A stretch of DNA of 64,000 bases from Convolutriloba macropyga (taxonomy: Eukaryota), in contig NC_134472.1 in NCBI RefSeq assembly GCF_964194025.1, positions 44,330,001-44,394,000 of the forward strand, written 5' to 3'. Below, in pieces: positions 36,350 to 50,580 of the stretch (position 1 is the stretch's first letter; each line of letters begins with the position of its first letter). The position numbers and the translations under genes were made by a program. The notes beneath the pieces are model-generated. The model saw only the letters and a program-made list of their open reading frames with translations, was not told the origin of the DNA and searched no databases.

Positions 36350-39300
36350 TTATATTCTGGATATTGCAATTCAATCGGCTTTTCCTGCTATATTTTTAAA
36401 TTGGTTTCTTGTATCAACTTTTGTTAAGATCATACGATCACCCTTTGTGCGCTCAGGGCAATTTTTGGCGCTAGGTTTTGCCTAGCAACTGAATTTTTGT
36501 TGCCTGATAGCCTGTTTTTTTTCCCAATTAGTTTTTTGCTCATACGAGACTTTTTAAAACTAATTTTTAACGCGCAAACTTTAATTAAACTAACTTTATT
36601 TAAAGGTAAAAAACAAGTTTTCTTCAACCTTGTTCGGCCTATTAGCTGCAAAAGATTGATACCACAATTTTCCGTACAATAAAGATATTTTGTTTTGCAT
36701 TGTATGTGCTCAATTTTCGTAGAAAAAATTGCTAATATTCTTCGGTTTTTAACCATTAGCAAGTTTTTCCATTGGTCCCCTACTTTAGTTGACTTATTGA
36801 CATCCTAATTAGACGTAATACGCAAGTAACTTGCACGAAGATTACGTGGAACTTTTGAAGTCAATAAGAGAATCTGGCATTCTTCAAGCGCCCCCTAGTG
36901 GTTGCAGATGCAAGCTATAATTATGAAGTGACTAGCAGGGGCCACGAAAGCTCGCTTGAAGAATAAATTGGGCTCTGTATATACGAAAATCTGGCATTGT
37001 ATAATCTGGCACTGTTGTTAAAACTTTCGCGTACGTGTTTCACCCCTACCAAAAATTGTACAAAATTGTTGAATCCCATCCGATTTTCTTTGTAGGTAAT
37101 ATCTTCTCGGTTGAAAAATTGTAATGTCTTTTAATAATTTATATAAGTGCAATCGTAGCTGATCAAATGTGGTAAAATATAGCGTTTTGAGTCAACTTTT
37201 TTCCACTGTGGTAATTGGATGGAGTGCAACAAATTGTTGCCAGGATTTCAGGTGAGCGTAAATTACTGTTGCGTATTTCATCAAATTGGGCTCCTAGCAG
37301 TTACTCTGGGATCAATGGTGTAAAAAATGGTCAAAAAGTGAGATATGAACGTAGTTTTTAAAACATTGAAATTTACTTTCCAGTTAAGGCAAAAGAATCC
37401 CGACACTTATAAGTGAGGCAATGCAATTATTTAAAAGTTCGTTTAAAATTAAATTGGCAACACAAGAAATGACATGCCAACAAACAATTTTCACTAGCTT
37501 CTCATAGGCAACGAAATTTATTGTATGAACAAATTTTTCTCTGTATCGAACAGGCCTTTTGAAAAATAGAAGACTTCATGCAATTTAGAGCACTCAAAAT
37601 AGCAAAAATCAACTTGTGAAATAAATTGAAAAAAAAGTGTATTCTTCTCTAATTTTGCAAACAATTCAATTTTTCTTAGATTTAAACTTTTCAGAATTTT
37701 AATAAAGGAGACTAAAAAAAAATCGGTTTCATGGAAGCAACATCAACCAAATTCATTGAATCGTAAAGATGGAAATCTTTTTATTTTTTATCTTAAATCC
37801 TTATATCAGAGCAGATCGTTCGAACTAACCTCCTGTAACATAATGGAATACAAATTTCAGAGTTGAGGAATTTTTGTATCACAAGTTTGAAAAATTAAAT
37901 TTAAATAATCATATTTTTTTTAAAAAAAGATAAATTATGTGTTTTGAAATTGCACTGCGAACTGATCTTTTCGAGCCTGTGTGTGTTTCTGTAAATTGAA
38001 AACTAAATGGTTCGTTGATTGTAATCTCCTCATATAAAAACGAAGACCTTTTCTGAAAGATGAAATGGAAATTTTTCTTCTTTTCAGTTCACATAAAAAA
38101 TAAAAATTTTCTATTTTAAAAATACTCCGACGAGTGAACAGTACTCCGAAGAGTGAAAATGCGTTAACCTAAAACATACTGACAACCCATGTACTTCAAT
38201 GATACTAATGAAGACAACTTTTACGGACAGCCTTTAAAATTAAAGTTTCTTACTTGTTAGACACAAGTAGTGGCATAGTGCAAAAATTTCTGGAATCTTA
38301 AAAAATTAGAAAAATTACTTGATAATTGCTGGAAATTGCTGTTTAAATATTTCTGAAAACAAAATTGAGTTTATTAAAGTTAGCTGTGAACGCATCTGCG
38401 CGATTATAAAAAACGGCAAATTGTGGTCATGAAACATCAAAAATGACAAAATTTTTGGAAATTTCAAAAAAAAATTTTTGTGTCAAATCTACAATTTCTG
38501 ATATAATTGCCTCATGAAGTCCACACATAGTATTCCAAATAAAACAAACAAGACTAAAATGAATAGTGACGAACCATGGGTAAAGATCAGTTGCCAGAAG
38601 TAAAATTTTTGGAAAGATTTCTTCGGGTCCGATTCGTATTTGTTTGTGCGCGCGTGCTTGTGTTTTTGTATGTTTGTGTGTGCGTGTGTGTAGTGCGTGG
38701 TATGTGTGCAAAAGAGAAGGAGAAAAGAACAAAGAGTTACTATGAGATTTTAGTTCCTTTAGATGTTGAACGCAAAGACGCTGAATGCAAAATTTATCAG
38801 AAACCATTAAAAAATTTAAAAAACTTATGTTACAAATTGCGGCTTTAAATCGTTCCGAAAGAAACTTGTTTTTTAAATCTAGCTGGTGCCCCAACTGCGA
38901 GAGTTTTAAAGTAATTATTGTTTGATTATGCCCAAGTTTGGTGCCAAAATTACAATTACTGATACAGTTGCTGATACAGTTGTGAAAAAAACAATGAAGA
39001 CCTAAATTAACGGTGACGAGCCTTGAGTAAAGATAAGTTGTGTTTGGTTTTTTTGTTTGTTTGTATGTAAGCTTTGTCTGTGTCTTTCAAATTGAACAAC
39101 ACTTATCTTTCTAGAATGTGTTCGAGTTTTCGTTTTATCTGGCGAAAAAGACTGCATATTTTTTGGTTCAAACAGTAAGTAATTTTCTCCAAGGCATATA
39201 CGTTGCTTCTGGATGGTCCCAATCGTTTCTCTGACGGAATTTATTGTTTTGCAACCTTGACTGGTATGTTGGAACATACTGTGCTACGCACATTCGCACG

Positions 39301-40230
39301 AGCCATCTTGTTAGTTTTATTAACCAAAATACGATCCTTTGAAAACGCCTTCTGTCAAATATGTATCGAGGGACTCTTCTACTGGCGTTTTACAATGAAA
39401 ATGGCATGACAGAAACACCTCTATAAAAAAGAGACGATTTTCTTTGTGCAGGCGGAAGACGAAGGTCTCAAATAGATATGAGACCTTCATGACCAGACAA
39501 TTTAGGAAAAAGCGTTCTTTTTATGTGTGCTTTGAGAACTATTAGAGTATCTAAGTTTCCCGAACTAAGCTTCTTACTTCACTCTTATATATTCGTTAGA
39601 GCACAGTTAAAGCTTTGAACTAAGTTCTTACATCATTTCAAAATGACTCGTGTAACCTTGATTGAAACACGCACTTCGCAAGTTTTGTGTATCTAACACT
39701 ACCGAGATCTGACATTTTACAAATTGTACGTGAATGTTTCAGGCTCGGTTACGTTAAATTCTGGCTCATATCTCGACTCTCTGTGCTCAATGTCGGGTCT
39801 TCTCAGTAACTTCAGAGTCACGTAACCTAAACTGATGTACGGGCTAGAAGTTGAAGTATGATCTGTTGAAATTATTTGCTGCAAAACCGTTTGCGGACAC
39901 CGTTTGAAAACGCTCCTAAGTAAAGTAGCTGCGTTATGGCAAGCTTTGCCAAGCAATTAATGTCTCAAATAAATATGTATATGTTTCGCGACATATTGTC
40001 TATGTCGCAATGTATTGCAGTATATGTCGCAATTAATACGTTGTTTTAAATAATATGTTTTCAATAATAGTGCATAAAACGGCTTTCCTTCTGTCTTTAA
40101 AGATATTTTCTGATTTCTATCGTGGTGTTTTCGAAACCAATTTGGCTGCTCTTATTCCATAGCGGAGATAACCGGAGCCAGAATAGAAAATAATGCAAAG
40201 CAATTGATAAGGTGAGATTTGTGTGCATAG

Positions 40231-40426
40231 ATAGTGAACAGCAATCGCCTGTGAGTGGGGAGGGTTCTGAGTATGGAGACTCGGCATTCGCAGAGGGTGA
40301 TCTGGATGGATGTTGTGTGAGTCTCAGAGACAAAATCCATCACAGGCTAGAATCTGGTGATCGCTGGTTCTCACTCGAGTTCTTCCCTCCTCGAACTCCT
40401 GCTGGAGCAGCAAACTTAATCAGCAG
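40231..40426 (+). CDS. MTHFR: Methylenetetrahydrofolate reductase, exon
   Basis: catag|...[36 protein letters not shown]|gtaatt; eukaryotic [13 protein letters not shown] motif. Confidence 0.93.
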
Positions 40427-40848
40427 GTAATTCATTTCACACCACGCATGTTTGGGAACTGTTTCTTACACAGCCGGGCTTTAGTTATTGGCTAACTTAT
40501 GAAGAAGTTAGGATCGATAATTCGAAGAATCCGATGAAATTCGAAAAGCTCCATCGAGGAACTGCGTAAGTTGAATTTCTAATTTTTGTATACTTTTTGA
40601 AAAAGTTGACAAAATATTGAGAGATTCCATGGCAGTGCTTTTCGATTTATCATATTGATGCCAGGAGTATATTATTGCTGTTTGTCGTTTCAAAGATTGT
40701 TAATACTTTTAACATGACATTTGAAGTGAAGAAAGAAAAGAGTTTTTTTTTAGTAAAAAAAGATAGAATTGTCTATTGATTCTATTTCTCTGTCTTCTGC
40801 GAAATATGCCTCTTGCAGAAATTTGTAAATTGGTCGCTAATTTGACAG

Positions 40849-41087
40849 GTTCGAGCGCATGAGCAAAGGTCAACCTCTATTTTGTGACATCACGTGGCAC
40901 CCAGCCGGGAATCCTGGAAGCGACCTGCCAACTAGTTCAATGACCACAGCAGCCACCATGCTCCACTTCTGTGCCATAGAAACAGTTCTGCACATCACCT
41001 GTTGCAACATCACCAGAGAAGGAATGCGGACACACTTGAACAAAGCGAAGAGACTGGGCATTAGGAACTTGGTTGCACTGAGAGGAG
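40849..41087 (+). CDS. MTHFR: Methylenetetrahydrofolate reductase, exon (rest of gene not found in window)
   Basis: gacag|[26 protein letters not shown]...ETVLHITC...[10 protein letters not shown]|gtgagg. Confidence 0.95.
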
Positions 41088-44000
41088 GTGAGGTTAAACA
41101 TTAACAAAGATTAACTGAATTTAACTTCACGGGCGCGGTGCACTTTTTATTGCAATAGAGCAGATTAATTAGCATGTAATGTTGGCATTCGGTTTTGACC
41201 AGGAGCTGCAAAGCTATAGGCTATTAAGCTCTTGATTTTTCCGAGCCTGTCGTTCATTTACGCGGCATTTCGTCCATTTGTTTTTGAGAGGTTGATTGTT
41301 GCTCTTGTGTGTGACATCATGGCGATTTAATCAACTCTCCTTGCAATATTAACAGTAGCAGAACGTGCCGATGAAATAATTGGTTAGCACCCGATCAACA
41401 CAACAAAGTTCTGAAACAGTGGCCAAATTCTGCTTGAGTAGACTATCTTTTTCGGCAACTCTTTTCTCGCCACTGTTGCTATATGAGAAGTGGCGGAAAG
41501 AGAGTCTAAGCAGTTGCAGTGTGGCGTAAGTTATGCAGCTGTTGTAATCGCAACAAGATCGGTTAAAAATGTAAGGACACGGTTGTTACCGCCCTCTTGA
41601 ATTTGTCAACAATTCGGCTTCTACTCCAAATTTGATAGCTTCTCGATAGCAATAACAACCGTGTAGTGATATGATTTCTTGACACTCTTTGGTTCATTTT
41701 TGTGGTAATTAACTGGACAGTTGTCGTCTCATTGTATATTCTATACATCTGATGCTACTCTGCCGCTTCCAGTATCCAGGAAAACCGTGTCAACGTTGGT
41801 TTTCTGTAAACAATCGCAATACGAGACAACAATATTTCTAATTTAATGGCCTTATATCTAAAATGCAGTTAGCTGTTGACATTTTCTGCCGTTGTGATTC
41901 AGTTTCGATCGCTAATTTATGCTCGTGTTTGAATAAACGCTTATAATCGAGCATCGCTCGGTATCAACCTGTAGCACATCATGAAATGGCCCTTTAGATT
42001 TACGCCGTTAAACAAAGTTTACGGATACGCAGAAGAATTCGGTAGATCAAAATCAGTTTTGCTTTTATACTGATGCCTTTATTTATCTATTGTCAAGTTC
42101 TCCAACCCAACTAACTGACCATCGTTACAAGTGGTTGTTGCGGGATTCTATATTTCAAGAATTTATCATGGTGCCAAGACTGCGCATCTAAATAAACATT
42201 AAGTAATAAGTGAAAGTATCAACGTATACTTCGACAATCCTGTACCAGTTAGTTTCCAAATTGTCAAACCTTCAGTCTTGAGCGCATTTTGTGATGTCTT
42301 TTTTCTGCGATTTTTTGTTTTTCGGTTTGATTTTTGTTTTGGGCAACGCCGTTTTGTTTGATACTGCTTTAGGATGGGCTCACTCCTCTCTCTATCGAAT
42401 GGTGCTTCAAAAAGCACCTGATTAATAAAAACGATGTCGCATTCCGGGTAAATTGGCAAATGCAGCTTACTAATGCCCGCTATTTAAATTCCAAGTTTAA
42501 TCAAAATTGCGCGCATTTCGTTGTTTTTGATCTTTTTTCAGCGAAGCACCATTAATTGCATCATGTTCTTTTTTTCGTTGCTCTCAAGCAAAGTTTGTCG
42601 TAATAGTTTTTACTCCTGTTGGTTTTTGTATGTTTTCTTGTGCAAACGTTTTTTTTTTTCGTCTGGTCAACTTTTCTTCTTGAGAAACCCGATAAACTGG
42701 TAAAGCCTGAGGGCATTAAGTTGCTGAGGAGTTCTTGTTGAACATTATGAAAATTATCAGTCTCTAACTAGGCGATTCGTCGAAACTGCTGAGGAAACAT
42801 GGTATGAGTGGTAATTCTTGTTTAGATTTTAAGCTGTCAGCATCTAACCCCCATGCCTCCCTCACTGTGGTTTGTAGGCGTAAATTGAATGCCCCCTCCC
42901 CGAGTGAAGATAGGCTTGTGAAAGCAATTCATCCGGCGTCAAGTGTATAGTTTTCAATGAAACATCAAAACGAAAATCAAAAATTCATTTGAAATTTGCG
43001 AGAGAAGCGTCGGGGCCACTATATGTATTAGCCATTCTCTGTCATCTTTATATAGGTTTAGTTGGATTCCGTTCAACGCAAATCAGACCGGTCAATAATG
43101 TGAGTTTTTGACAAAACACCAAAAAAGAACGAAAAATGGAAAAAGATCCGAAAAATGTCAATTTTTATGGAAGTATCAAAGTCATAGAGCATTGTTTACA
43201 AGTTGACTCGATTGAAAAAGTGATAATGTTTCAAAACTAAGATATTTTAGAAATCAAATATATTCAAGTTTTTTAAATAGCCATTTGATATCAGGTGAAT
43301 GCTTAAACTATTTTGTAAGCCAATTGGACTTCTGATTAATCAGATTAGGTCAGAACGTTACAGAAAAACAACAAATGCTTGCAAAACTCGGGAATTGTTT
43401 TAAATTTAACGAATAAATTGTCGAAGCAAAAAACTATAAGCTTTTCTCTGAAAAATTGGTGGCACTGGACCTCTTCTGGACGTAAATAGGATATCTCATT
43501 AATTGAATTTGTTTGAAAATTAACTGGCACGCAATTGATATTAAGAAAGTGCGGGAGAAGATTGTTGAAAAAGACAGTGCCACAATATAATAGGAATCCT
43601 CCTCGTTGCAAAAATCTGTTGAACGAACCCGGGTTTTCAATCGGTGCGCGACTTTTAAAACCTTCTGATTGTGCCTTATCTTTCTGTGAGGCATCATATG
43701 GCAAAAACGTCGTAACGACATTAAATAAGAACTTCGAGTAAATACCGATTTAAGTTAGAGAAAAGCTATTCCAGAACATTTTCCATGAAAGTGGAAGTAT
43801 GAATAGCCCTCACGTGAGTAAACACAGATCGTATCAGCGCTTTTTATGTCCGAACGCTCGATAAATTTTGAAATTTGGAGAAAGTGTGTTAAAGAAGCCT
43901 TTTGGTACCATTTCTAATGAAAAAAGCTGAATTTAAAAAAATCAACGAAAAAAATTGAGTCAAACAGTTCAGTCAGCAGCCGTCTTCTGTCTTTAAAGGT

Positions 44001-45859
44001 AGAACCGATGTTACGCACTGATTTTAGGATTGTTCCTCGTGGTGTTATTGAGGTCAATATTAGAGGTAAATAATTTGAATAATTGACATTGTACAAGGAC
44101 TTATTTAGATGTTTCACAGTGCGGTTTTTAGCAGATATATTTTGAATAAAATTAGCTAGTAATAGCCTTTTATTGAGCGGTTCAGATGCGTGATATATCC
44201 ACTAATTGCCTTGTATTTTAAAGTTTCGCTGAGTTGTAATTTAGCTCTAAGAAAGCCTGTTTACATTTAGCATTTTACAGAGATTTTTCCAGTTCAATCT
44301 TTAATTATATTGACGAAATTAAATAACAATTTTCAATGATAAGTTTCAGTAAAGTTTCAAGAGATTGTTCTCAACTGATCGTCACGCGGGTTCTCCGGTG
44401 TTCGGGCGATCGTTGTTCCGCAGGGTTGTACCTTGAGTTGTATTGGCCCATGACAAATATTTACTGATCTACAAGTTGGACAATTTTCCGCTTTTGTACG
44501 TCACTTGATGTTTGTTAAGTACATATACAATTTCTGTATTAGCACCTACTTTATCAGAATAATTACCTCACCAAGCACATAGTTTTCATGAACTTTTTTT
44601 TTACAAAATATGCGAATTCATCGTCAGGGAACTCAAAAAGGTAAATATTGAGGCTTTTCGGCACTTGATGTTTATCAGTAAACTGTCAATCTGCGGTTGT
44701 TTTTAATAAAAATAAAACAAATTAGGAGCTACAGGCCTAGATGGAAATACTGGCTATATATGGCCGTGAGAACTATCTGAATATGAACTAAATTATAGCC
44801 CTTATTATGGATATTCATAGGAAAAACATCACGTTACTATAAGGCACGAAATAGGGGCGTGACAACCGATGATATTATTGCTAACACTTTAATGATTTTT
44901 TAGTATTAATAATAAAATTTTGGGCAAAAATTAAGGAAAGAGTGGAAAACGACGGAAATTAGACAATTGATCACAATACGTTAGAGCTCGTTAAATATTC
45001 GAAAGAACCAAAAAATTAGAGATAGTTTTGATTTAATTTTCTACAGTGGATGGGCTTTCGAAGGATGCCACTCACAGCTGTCTACGAGGAATATAGGATT
45101 GCCCAAACTTTGAGTGATAAGAAACCCAATTCAGCATATTGTTCCTCTCTGCCCCCGTGAGGTCGGAACAATTATTGGAATCAATAAGCTGCTGTTTTAT
45201 GACAAACTGCTACATGTGTTGTAAATACTACAATGTATCGACAACAATCATGTGGATTTGAATTTCAAAGACTTCTTATTGAATTGGGATGCGTTCTCCT
45301 TGAAGGTCTCTTCACATATTTTCCTGAGTTTTGAAGTCAACTTGGAGTGGTGATTTTGGTTACGAACAAACGTGAAGTTGAACGAAAAAGCAAGTGGTTT
45401 TGAGGTGTGATATTTCTATACTCAAAATTTAAAGTAGCGAAGAAACGGTGTCTGAACAAAATCTGATTTTTTGTTAAAATGTGGCTATTTTACTTCTGTA
45501 TTCACTTGATTTTCGAGTATTTAGGTATGATTTTTTGTATGCTTTTCCAAATCAGATTCTAATCAGTTCCTTGTCTAGTAAAGGTCAATATAGTGACGCT
45601 TAGTGAACTTTCTTTTAATTGTGTATCAGGAGTTGACTGAATATGCTTTTCAAGATTTTGCAACCGGATGACCTCACGGTTGTTTCAAATCTGCTTTTCG
45701 TACAGCCATTCATGTAATTGCGTGCCAGTTTCTTTTTCCACACCTATTGGAGCGAGTTTTGTAGTGAAGCTCGTTCTGTTGAACAGAGTCTTGCTCGAAC
45801 GCGCCTTACATCACTCTCAATAATAACTTTCAAAATAAATTTGCTAACCTCAATTCAAG

Positions 45860-47475
45860 GAGAAAAGGTCAATTGTTTTGTGACATGTATCGCAAACCCA
45901 GTGGAAATCGGTAGTGGAGGATTGTCCATCGACTTACCCAAGGCGTCGTTGTGGTTGAATGTGCCGTCTTGGCTCCCTTAAAAAGGTTAAGAAGATTGGC
46001 CAAATTCGTGGTGCCAAGTGAAGGATGTCGAAGCTGAGCAAGATACCTGTATTTTAACAACAGAAACCAAATTGGATCAACCATATGACTGGAGACAACA
46101 CGACAGGATCAACCGAATTAGGAACTTCATCGCCTACTGCATGAGGTTCCATTCAAAGGAAACTGAACCTCTCAATGCAGACGAGATCCATCGAGAACGA
46201 ATTTTGTGTCGCTTTGTTAAAACCCAAAATTGCGAATTTTCCAAAGTCGATAGCGTGCAGTAAAGTTATCTCAAAGATCTTGAACACCGCCAATTGTCAC
46301 CATTCATAGAAGACCGAAAAATTTAGACCATAGAAGAAGAGCAAAAAGAGTGAAAGGTCGTCCGAAACATTCTAACCTCGATAATAGTGCTATGCAACCA
46401 TTTTCGCAAACAGCGAAGTATCCACTCATACAACTTCTGTTCGACAGAGAAAATCGTGAAAGCCTACATGAAGGCACAGAGTATGTGAGAAACATTTTCA
46501 GGCGCGTGTCCTGGATCATTGCATTAAGAAATACGTTACAGATAATCAAATCTATGTGTAAAGTGTCTTAGAATCGCCTACTCAATCCAGCCACAGATTG
46601 CGAACTAAACACGAGGGTGACTTGATGTGAATGTGTTCACATTCACCCGCACGGGAGTCGATTACTTCGGGCACTTTGAAGTAAATTTTTTACGATGGCC
46701 AGAGGCGTAGCACAGTCATTTCACTCAGTCATGTTTAGCTGCTGTGACAAGATTCTTCGTTCGGACATGGCTACCCGTGTACCATCATCAATAAAAACAG
46801 AAAGCAACTCGTTGGAGAAAATAACGAGCTGAATGCATATATGCAATTATGAGACAGAGATATGATCGGAAGTGACTGAGCTCAGAAAGCGATCGTTTGG
46901 AAGTTCAGCCCCCAGGAGCACCACGCTTTCTCAGAATCTGGGAGACTAGTTCAAAAGTTGCAAAAAGGTCATGATTACAGTCTTCAACTAGCAAAACCTC
47001 ACTGACAAAGTACCCAGCGGAGCGACGTGTTCTGTAAAGCAGACCGTCAGCGCACGATCCCTGACGGCAGTAAGGGACGACCCTAAAGAATTGTCAGCGT
47101 TCTCACCAAATCACTTCTTACTGGCGATAAATGCAAGAAAATGCGAGTGCATTGTTGATGCCAACCAGTGAAGGGTACCATGATCTGAAGAAGTCCTTCA
47201 AAACACCTGAAGCATATGCCGATATGATCTGGAAGAGATGTACTCGCAAATATCTTCCACAATGGAACCAGAGATCGAAGTGGTCAATGGAAAGCTTTTT
47301 TAACCTGAAAGAATGAGAACTTGTTTGGATGGTAGATGATTCATTGAAACGCTACAAATACTTTTTTTGACGCATCATTGAAGTCTTCAATGGCAATGAT
47401 GGTGTCGTTCGATTAGCAAGTATCAGAATTTCTCATGAATAGTTAATCACACCAATCGTGAAGTTAGCGCCAATA
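45860..47475 (+). mobile_element. Degenerate BEL/Pao LTR retrotransposon pol remnant
   Basis: NPVEIGSGG...LWLNVPSWL; LHEGTEYV; GVDYFG; SPNHFLL; IWKRCTRKYLPQWNQRSKW; RIIEVFNGNDGVVR, with many frameshifts. Confidence 0.85.
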
Positions 47476-48884
47476 TTCGGTGATGGTATTCTGGAGATCG
47501 AAACCAGGGCTGGCGTCGTGGGCGCCACTTCTGAGCAGCAGCTGGAACCATCAGCAAATAACTTTTGAAACTTTAAAGTTTAAAATTTGAGAAAACAAAA
47601 ATTTAAAATTTGAGAAAACCCAAAAATCATAAACTGAAAGTTGGGATTCAAAATTCCCCCCGATTTCGTGAAGGGAAACCCAAAGCTATCTAAGGACCCA
47701 ACGAATGCTATTGCATCATACCTGGTTTTGAGTATATTAACACTTCTGTGGTGTAAAAGTGCAATTTTTCTTGTTCCTTTTGTTGCTAAATTTCTTAATG
47801 TTTATTAAATGAACTTTAAGTTGTTCATTCTAGTTCAACTTCCATAAGTTAGGGAATTCAATGCTACGTACGTACCTTTATTGCTTATGTATATGAAATT
47901 TTATTGCTGATTCACTTGACATTTACTATGTGAATATTTATCTCAGTCAATTATTCGATTAACCAATCAGGAATGGGTGGCAATGATGTTAATGATATTT
48001 CACTGATTATTTACTTTAACGGAATTGATTGGATAATGTTAAACTATTGTGTTAAGAACCGTTAGAAACGGTTAGAAAGGGCAGTTCGCTCTGCGATTGA
48101 CTATAATTTGACTGAAGTTTCTAATTTAGCTTAATTTTTTTTTACAAGAAGTTAGCAGCACAAGAATCATTGGCCGAAGCTTTACAAAGTTCTGTACGAG
48201 AGTGAACATTGTTTATCACTCAGGATATTCTTAACTTCATTCAAATTCGAAGTTGCAGTTCTTTTGAACGACCGATCGACTGATAGTTTTGACAAGATTG
48301 TTAGTCAATTAGAATTAGTGACGAACCAGGCCGGTGTAAAACTCGAGAACCAGGCTGTGAGGATTGGGTTCCACTGAAATTCTCGAGCAGACCCAACAGT
48401 CGGATTTGTTTTTCAAATTTTTAACGCTGCTTTGTGCTGTGCAGATAGGACTCGCGCTGTTTTATGAGTTCCTAGTAGTATTTAGATAGCTATTTCTACG
48501 TGACGTTTGGATCTTGACTTGATCATTTTGATGAATGCAAACCTGTCTTTTTGGAAAAATGCCTTCTGGACAAAATGTTTCCTCTAGCAGCTGCAGGAAA
48601 CTTATTGTTTTCGTTACGGTTTCTAACCATTCTTCAAGGTTCTTTCAGACGGCCTGGCCTCTTAGCTCATTCTTAGCATCTCTAGTGAAAGCGCCTCTTC
48701 ATCCAAAAATGAGACTATCGATTTTAACTACTCTATCCTCTTATCAATACCATTGTTGATTTAGCTGTGCTAAGTATAAAATTCAGTTTCTAATTTTGAT
48801 CTTACTGTATATACCTTTTTTAAATTTTCCTCTAATTACAACAGGAAAAATTCACTGGTTATGTAAAAGCAGAGACACAAATTT

Positions 48885-50580
48885 CTAATGGGCTGCACCG
48901 AACCCGTGAATTACCCTCTGCCTAGCAAACCACCGAAGAGTGAGGAGGTCTTGGATTAAAGACGTACGCGGCGGAAAGAGAAGGAAGGCGGTGAGCGGCC
49001 TCGGAAGTGACGCGCAGCTAAACGAGACTGACGTCCGAGTTTCGAGCGAGTAGTGCAGGACTGAACGGGAAACGCTACAGGCAATTAAAACTCACGCCGA
49101 ACGGCGCGCGACGCAACGAGAATCGACAGAATGGACAAAAACAACAGGGTGCAAACGACTCACGGCGGAAAGGGAGATCAGACGGGCGATAGAAATGCTC
49201 GACTGAACGGGAAACAAGGCGGGCGGTGTCAGAATACCGGGCGTACGACACGTGGGGAGCTGGAAACGAAATGGGCGGAGCAGGAACGCCGGGAGACCAA
49301 GACACGAGAAAACTGGAAACGAAAGGGCAAAAAACCTGGCGATCAACGTGCTGCAAAACGGGAATCAAAGCGGACGACAGAAACACCGCGCGACCGAGGA
49401 TTGGCAAAACAGGAATGATGCTGGAACGCATGACAAGATTGGAAAGATAATTATTTGGAAACCTAGCAAACCAAACGGCTACATAAACATACAAACCAAC
49501 GAGCCGTTACTCGAGTTATTTAAGTCACATTCAGAAAGAAGTGAACAAAATTATGCAGCAAAAACTTACTCAAGACAACGGAACGTGACAGCAAACAGAT
49601 GATTATTTATTTTTGGCAATGCACTAAGAGACTCAAAAGGTCGCAAAAGCGAATGAGCTTCCCAGTCGTAACTAGTAAGTTAGTTAACTTACTAGTTACG
49701 GCGGGGAAGCTCCTTCGCTTTCGCGACCTTTTCAGTCTCTTAGTGCATTGCCATAAATTAATAATCATCTGTTTGCTGTCACGTTCCGTTGTCTTAAGTA
49801 AGTTTTTGCTGCATAATTTCGCTCTCTCCTTTCTGAATGTGACTAAGTTAACTCGAGTAACGGCTCGTTGGTTTTTATGTTTATGTAGCTGTTTGGTTTG
49901 CTAGGTTTCCAAATAACTATCTTTGCAATCTTGTCATGCGTTCCTAGAAGTCACAACCTAGAAGACCTAGACCTAAGCGACCAATCAGCATACTAGCACT
50001 ATCACACATAATACCGAGAAATATTATATTACAACAAATGGTAAACCAGTGGAGTAAAGTCAAGAAAAAGACAGTCGAAACTCGCTAGTAAACCAAATCA
50101 CGACCTAGAAAGCAAGACCAAAGCGAGCAACCAGCTTACAAGTATCGTCCACATAGTGCGATGAACGCAACAAATTGCATCAGACACGAGAAGATATTGT
50201 TTATGCAAATTTCAAGTACAATACAAAGGGGGTAATGCTAACGAAAACTTATCGGAGAGTTAGCTGAGGAAGTAACAGAGACGAAACGAATGAGTTGGGA
50301 GAGCAAACGATTGGCAGAGCGCTAATGCAGAAAAGCAAACACATACCAACCCGTAACTCGTTAGTCAACGAAGTCGCACGGCCAGGGATTGGATGACTTC
50401 AACAACACTGCACGACTAAGAGACATCTAATTGACTAAACATTTAAGCTTAATCTTTCCCTTCGAGCGCTTGAAGGTTACGGGGCTTCAATGGACGGAGT
50501 TTTTGGGTGAGAACGCCCGCCTAAGGACCGGAGGCTGTTCCTATGCGTTGGAACTATAAATTATCGGCTCGAGCGTAGGC
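48885..50580 (+). mobile_element. Unclassified CpG/purine-rich element (possibly non-autonomous LTR-type) containing a long palindrome
   Basis: Sharp composition shift; PPT-like aaaggggg at 50225 followed by TG; no paired LTR found; boundaries approximate. Confidence 0.35.
49423..49944. repeat. 522-bp palindrome (two ~260-bp inverted arms, 2-nt spacer)
   Basis: ggaacgcatgacaagatt...gtaactagtaagtta-gt-taacttactagttac...aatcttgtcatgcgttcc. Confidence 0.95.

Noticed and set aside
38400-39500. 155-aa minus-strand ORF and possible transposase traces
   Set aside because: The ORF runs through a GT-rich low-complexity tract; no reliable domain motif
47950-48750. Possible LINE ORF1 remnant, with RT-like traces continuing at about 50600-50950
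   Set aside because: Motifs too eroded to call
49075-49904. Cluster of overlapping 70-140 aa ORFs
   Set aside because: Explained by GC/purine-rich composition and the palindrome; no recognisable domain, and both arms contain stops
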